A stretch of 64,000 nt of DNA from the human T2T-CHM13v2.0 reference genome, Homo sapiens. The notes beneath the pieces are model-generated. The model saw only the letters and a list, made by a program, of their open reading frames with translations. It made no database searches and was not told where the DNA came from. Made by a program: the position numbers and the translations under genes. Location: the NCBI RefSeq assembly GCF_009914755.1, contig NC_060934.1; one strand, written 5' to 3'. Shown here piece after piece: positions 53,990 through 64,000 of the stretch. Position 1 is the stretch's first letter. The number at the start of each line of letters is the position of its first letter.

Positions 53990-54681
53990 CTAAACGTACA
54001 CAAAGAAAACAAGGATTCCAGATTTAACAGGATGACTTGAAAAAGTATGAGCATTTCATAATTGCTCTTTAGAAAAGTAAAACTGCATTTTATATTGTTT
54101 CCCATTTATCTAATTTAGGCAGAAACACGCAAGGAATACATCCATCTATACATAGCGTGCACACATCTAGTTTATTCACAAAGGTATAATTTCCTTTAAT
54201 TTTTTAGGGGGAGAATTGTTCTTTCCCTCTACTAGGCAAAGACAATACATTACAAGATAGTGCTATGTTTCTTCAGTAAGACAACTAATCTGGTTAAATG
54301 AAAACTGCGTCATTATGTCTGACACACTGGGGTATTAGGTATAAAAAGACCACTCTCCCCAAAAGACTTTGCAGTACTTTAACTGCAGTCTTGTGTAGTA
54401 GAGATTTCAAAATTACCATGAATAAATTATGAAAATGCACAGTCTTAAAATCCTAAAGGGAAAATGAGAATACATGTTTTCACTGCCTCTTTTGATAATA
54501 ACGTTGTTAAAAATATTAACTCCTCTAAAAGTTACTTATGGTTTCTTTATATAATTTCTGATAAAATGGCTCAAGGTATAAAAATTCCTGAGGACTCTGA
54601 AAGATTGAAATACTCACTTGCCAATCCTCAATTTTTGATTTTTACTATCTTGCAGCTACCAGAAAATATACTCTTTAGTAC

Positions 54682-54786
54682 CTGTTTGTGCACTTTAGTG
54701 AGCTGTTCAAGATTATTTTCAAGAAAGGAGATTTTTTGCTTCTGAGCAGCGCTGCCTCCGGTGTCATCAGAATCAATCTCAGCACT
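54682..54786 (-). CDS. KIF5B: KIF5B exon 23 (105 nt, SAEIDS...KVHKQ)
   Basis: Acceptor ttctcag|AGT, donor CAG|gtacta; phase 0/0. Confidence 0.96.
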
Positions 54787-54945
54787 CTGAGAAAAGAAGG
54801 TAAGTATTACAAAAAAATTAAAAAAAACTAAGCTTAACTATACAAAAATTGACGTGACTGTAAAGTTATTTCACTTTGAATACAAATAATTACCTAGAAG
54901 TAAGCACCATTTATGCAAACGCCTACCTCGGCATAGTTACATTAC

Positions 54946-55017
54946 CTTTTTAACTCTTGTAGCCAGGTCCTGAACAAAGAGTTTGCGCAGGTTGTGTAAA
55001 GTCTGAAGTTCTTTTGC
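54946..55017 (-). CDS. KIF5B: KIF5B exon 22 (72 nt, AKELQT...TRVKK)
   Basis: Acceptor tccaag|GCA, donor AAG|gtaatg; phase 0/0. Confidence 0.96.
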
Positions 55018-55131
55018 CTTGGATTAAGAACAGCGATATTTTTGGAGCTCAGACTTTAAATTTAGAATAATCATGGTAGAAAAAACCCACAAAATATTTC
55101 CCAATCCTGTTTATTTTCATGTTTTTCTTAC

Positions 55132-55192
55132 CACTGTCTCTTCCAAACCCTTCAAGTCTTGTCTTGCTTGTTCTCGTCTATCTTGCATAACC
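55132..55192 (-). CDS. KIF5B: KIF5B exon 21 (61 nt, TVMQDR...LEETV)
   Basis: Acceptor tgttag|G, donor GTG|gtaaga; phase 2/0. Confidence 0.96.
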
Positions 55193-56489
55193 CTAACAGT
55201 AGAAGAACAAACATATATTTTCAAATTTTATTCTGTAAAATTGTACTTAGCATGAGAGTTGAATAAAATATTTTGTGTCTGAAAGGATAAATTCTTAAAT
55301 TTAAATAAATACAAGATGCCTATTTTAAACAATTTACCTGTGCTGTCTTTCAAAAAAAAAAATTTTTTTTTTTTTGACACAGAGTTTCTGTCCCAAACAC
55401 TGCTCACTGCAACCTCAACCTCCTGGGCTCAAGTGATCCTCCTCACCTCGTCTCCCAAATAGCTGGGACTACAGGCATGTACAATCAGCCCTGTCTAAAA
55501 AAATTTTTGTAGAGACGGGGTCTCACTATATTGCCTAGGCTGATTCTCAAACACTGGGCTCAACTGATTCTCCTGCCCTGGCCTCCCAAAGTGCTGAGAT
55601 TATGGGTGTGAGCCACTGCAGCTTTGCAATTTCAAAAAATTTTCATATGCCTTCTAAAACAACAGTCTATTGTTATACATTCCATATATAGCAATGGAAG
55701 AGATGAAATAAAATGTGGCAGAATTCAAAGAATAAGGAATAGTTCTATAATTTATATTTTAAAATATGCCACATGTATTATACTGCTATTTATCCAAAAT
55801 GATACTGATTAATTATAGATTATAAACTGTCAAAGACTAAAATATTTTACATTACAAGTATTCTAAACAAAATTACAGCTGCAAGTTAGCAGAATCTTCA
55901 TATAATCCACTCTGAACTGGTCCTGATGTTCTAACTATCCTAACAATATCAGTTGATTTGCAAATTGTCTCACAAACTCAAGGTATGTGAAAAATTATAA
56001 TCATGCACTTTCTACCTGCTAAGATTCTAGAAAACTGAGTTTTGAGAAAATGAGAAAAGGTAAACCATGAAAACCTCTGTTCAAAATGGCAAGGCTAAAC
56101 ACCACAATGCTCTTTTATGCAAGAGAAAATTTAACAAAAACTCAGTTTTTGTGTTAGATCTTAAAATCTTCGAAGTTACTTAATATATTGTTTTAGGTTC
56201 ATTTTTATGCTGGATCCTGAAGTAATATGGAGATAAAGAAACAGCAAGCAGATTAATAAAGAGAAACCTTCATCTTAACCACAATGAAATATAAGACCTT
56301 GCTTTCACTCAAATGCAAGTATATATTCCAAGTATTTAGATATAAATCAAACCAACTCAGTGGATTTAAGAAAAAATCCTTTAGCCCATACAAAGTAAAA
56401 TATGTATCCACTGGCTATATCCAAAGGTAATGCCTATAATCCTCTAATTTAGCTTTTATTTTTAAACTTTAATTAAAAACAATTACTCA

Positions 56490-56612
<123 letters not shown>

Positions 56613-57653
56613 TTAACACAGTATCAATATCACAGTTTTCTCAATGTCATCATTAAAATTTCCAAACTTTTAAATTCTATAATCTCATCAAGGACTTTTC
56701 TGTTATCCTATACCCTATGGAGGAAAAGAGGAAAGGGACCTGGCTACTTGTGGACATACAAAATTTTTCGTATTTTGGTTTGAAATCATGATTCTGTTCT
56801 CCTCTGTCTTTCATCTTCCTGAATCCTTATGCCTACTTCCATCAGGTATTCATAGTAAGACCTACGCCCCAAACCTCATCATTATTTTGTTATGTTATTC
56901 TCTTCTTGGTTCCTACTCAAATTGTTGCAAACTCTGACTTCCATAAACTCTATGTATGTGCACATGGTTATGGAGGCAGGGAAATTGCTTCTAGATAAAC
57001 TAAGATGACAACTTAAAAAAAAAAAAACCTTTGAAAATCCATAGAATTTCCAGAAAAGTTTTTCCCAGTTAAGAATTTTGAGTCAGGGTCTCGCTCTGTC
57101 ACCCAGGCTGTAGTACAATCATAGCTCACTTCAGCCTCAGATTCCAATACTCAAGCAATCCTCGTGCCACAGCCTCCTGGGTCACTGGGACTACAGGCAT
57201 GTGCCACCAAGCTCAGCTAATTTAAAAAATTATTTTTTGTAGAGATGGAGTCTCACTATGTTGCCCAGCTGGTCTTGAACTCCTGACTTCTAGTGATCCT
57301 CCCACCCCAGCCTCCCAAAGCACTGGGGTCACAGGCCATCAGCCACTGCACCCAGCCAAGAATTTTTTTAAAAAAGGAAACTAAATAAAGGATTTGGAGA
57401 AGACTGTGGTATGCAATAATAGACTTAGGTTGGGGATTTTTTTCTTTTACTGAATAATTTAGATCAAAAGACCTAAAAAAAAGCCTCAAAAATTTCACCT
57501 GGAATTTAGAAGTTTTACTCATAAATGAGAAAATTCTTTATTTTCCAAGATAAAAATGTAATTTTGATGAAAACTGCAGGTTTCTAATAAGAATATATAC
57601 CATGACCATCAGTAACCGATTCTTTCCTCCTAACTAGAGAAGTATAATACTTA

Positions 57654-57764
<111 letters not shown>

Positions 57765-57858
57765 CTAAAATTTTGGGGGGGAAAAGGATGTTAAAGTCAG
57801 ACTAATCAAAATTAATACTGATTAATTAAAGCTGTTAGAAATGTGACATCAAACTTGC

Positions 57859-57920
57859 CTTAACTTCATTTGCAGTCTGAACCTTATTTAAGTGCTCCTT
57901 TTCCATTTCATGGACTTTCT
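57859..57920 (-). CDS. KIF5B: KIF5B exon 18 (62 nt, EKVHEM...ANEVK)
   Basis: Acceptor aaacag|AG, non-canonical donor AAG|gcaagt; phase 1/0; not in the ORF track. Confidence 0.95.
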
Positions 57921-58403
57921 CTGTTTGAATAGAGAGAAAATAGAAGAGTGAAATAAGCCTTTAAGGTTCCTCATATAAACCAAGGAGCAAATGGATTTTA
58001 CAATAAGCATTTTCCTTAGCAATATTCAACTTCAAATTACCCAAATGTCACCTGCTCTCCAAGTTCAATGACATGTAGACTAGTATACAAGTTACATCCA
58101 TTGTGTTGGTATTATGTATTCCTTTATGGTTTGTTTGGTTTTTTTTTTTTTTGGCCTAATCCAGAACAGATTAGTTAAGGGAATGGTAAAGAAATGAGAT
58201 AACTCCTAAGTCCCCTATGTTAAGACACACACACACACACACCCCGCTTCGTAACTGTGGGAAATCCCCAGATTGGCTATTTCCATATTCAAACAAAATC
58301 TTAAAAATATATATATATATGTTTTGACAGGCACAGTGGCTCATGCCTGTAATCCCAGCACTTTGGGAGGCCAAGGCAGGCAGATCACGAGGTCAGGAGA
58401 TCA

Positions 58404-58604
<201 letters not shown>

Positions 58605-58753
58605 TCAAAACAACAACAAAAAAATGTTTCAAAGCAACATTAATATGTATGATTTGTTTACCATTCGAAATCAGCCATATTCCTACTATTTCTTTCAGTG
58701 TGAATATTAAGTTTACTACAATTATACTAAAATAAGAACACAGATGTAACTCA

Positions 58754-58972
<219 letters not shown>

Positions 58973-59436
58973 CTATATATGATAAATTTGGGAATATTTA
59001 AAACTAAAATATTCAGGAGCCAATTTTGAAATGTTAAAGAATGTAATCAATTAATTCATTGGTGATCATAACTTGCAAACTAAGGCACTGAAGACTCAAA
59101 TATGAAATACTAATTTTACAGATACCACCATCTAACGTTACCATCTTCCCTCCTTGTGAAATTCTGATAGTGGTGAATGGCCCCATTCATTCAGTTGCCA
59201 AGCCAGGAAACTGGTTCCCTGCAGTTTTGCCCACCCTGGAATTCTGGAGTCTTTAACAAGTTACCACCAGTCACATCATTCTGGTAAATTTCTATACATA
59301 ACCCATATTTATGTTAGGCAAATATAACTCAGTTAAATCATTCAAATTTACTGCAGCTAGACTAGGAAAAAAACAACTAAATTTCACCTATAGACACACA
59401 TTTTTCTGAAAACTTGTATAATAAATAAAATTTCTA

Positions 59437-59712
<276 letters not shown>

Positions 59713-60159
59713 TCAATGTGTGTTTTCCCAATTAGGCTATAAAATCTTTTTATAAAATATATTTTAGTATTACTCAATATTCATACAAAGTCTGGATCTT
59801 ATTTTTTTCTTTTATTACTGTTTTCAACGAAAGGTAAATAAATACAGCTTACTTTTTGCCTTCCTTTTTTTAAAAACTGAGAATAATGTTAATACATGCC
59901 AACAAGAAAAATAAATAAATGTAAACCTAAAGAAAACACAAAAATACAACCAAACTAATAAATTCTGCCTCTTTCAATTTTTTCACTTCCTCTTTACAGG
60001 ACCTCTTCAGTAAATTCATTGTTAATCATGTGCACGTTCAGCTTAAAATTTAACAAGAGGATGTTTAGGTGGCAGGGAAAGGATGAACTTTAAGCTCAAC
60101 CAGAAGGAATTGTGGTCACTGTATATTCCTTCACCTTCAGGAAGAAATAAAACTGTGCA

Positions 60160-62780
<2,621 letters not shown>

Positions 62781-62897
62781 CCGGGCGCAGTGGCTCATGC
62801 CTGTAATCCCAGCACTCTGGGAGGCCGAGGTGGGCAGATAAAGAGGTCAGGAGATCAAGACCATCCTGGCTAACACGGTGAAACTCCATCTCTACTA

Positions 62898-63098
<201 letters not shown>

Positions 63099-64000
63099 CT
63101 AACAGAGCTTATATATGATGAGAGGAAAAGAATTACTTGTTAATGACAAAAATACTGAGGATCCTTTTTTTTTTTTTAATTAGAATAACTATTTGCAAAG
63201 ACGACTTATTTTCAAACTGCTATGGTATAGTGGAAAAAAAAATCTAGTAGTCATGGAACCTGGATTTCATCCCTCTGCCACTAAACATAAACCATTTCCA
63301 CTCTCTCTTTACACTTTTTAACTTAAATCATAATTATTTGAACATAAAATATAAGATTTGTCTAAAAAGTTGCAAATCTACAAAGCAAATCTTGAACAAC
63401 ATCTCTCTGGTGTTCTGCGATATGAAATAAATGTACTTTTCCATCCTAGAGATTTCTCTACATCTCACATTACTTCACCATAAACAGAATAGGGCCGAAA
63501 TGTTCAGACTGATGGTGAAGGGAAAGCAAGTCAAGTGGCCCCATAGTGAGTCCACTGAAGAAATAACATATGAAGAGAAGAGTCATGAGAATCCTTGCCT
63601 CCATCAACAAACAGTAACTTTTATTTTGTTGATTTTATCTTTTATTCTTTTTGTATTTTTTAAAAATATTTTCTTTTTCTTCATTTTTAAACTGAAGAAT
63701 CAGTTAACAGCAAACAGCAACATTAAACAATACAAAAGATGGAAATGTGTACTCCATATTGAAAACTTTTACGTCAGTTCCAACTCTGGTTAACAGACTG
63801 GGCTTTTTAGTAGGCTCTCAATATAAACCCAAGTGTATATGCTCTCTTTGTATTGTAATTAGGCTTTAATCAAAAAGGTAAAGTCTAAACAGCTACTGCA
63901 ACATACAAATCTTTCATGTTATATGCATGGTTTTTCAGTTAAGAGTCTTAGTTTGGTTCTTTGGTCTTAGTTTTTAAATCTACCACCAAGTCAAATGCCT

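Noticed and set aside
63431-63793. 120-aa plus-strand ORF in intron 15
   Set aside because: Low-complexity and AT-rich, antisense to KIF5B, with no recognisable domain.

Overview
Primate, almost certainly human, genomic DNA. The right third (about 45643-64000, minus strand) is the 3' half of KIF5B (kinesin-1 heavy chain, chr10p11.22). It holds part of intron 15, coding exons 16-25 (1167 nt = 388 aa + stop, running QPEGTG...GGGGKQV*) and a ~2.5 kb non-coding last exon 26 with an AATAAA signal. The left ~45 kb is intergenic DNA downstream of KIF5B and is almost entirely transposon-derived: about 60 Alus, L1 pieces of several ages, a 5'-truncated SVA, ERV1, ERVL and MaLR LTR remnants, a CR1/L3 RT relic, hAT/Tigger DNA transposons, a 7SL retrocopy and microsatellites. 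Nearly all entries in the ORF track are Alu/L1 artefacts. I found no convincing new gene or novel system. The most interesting observations are: a latent exon-25-skip reading that would end ...QIGVKK* and delete the IAK autoinhibitory motif; a GC-AG mini-intron; an SVA with a ~50-bp target-site duplication; several template-switch-like duplications and inversions; and tandem tRNA-His PBS repeats beside an LTR. Repeat subfamily names come from recalled consensus sequences and are approximate. Exon numbering is from my knowledge of KIF5B.
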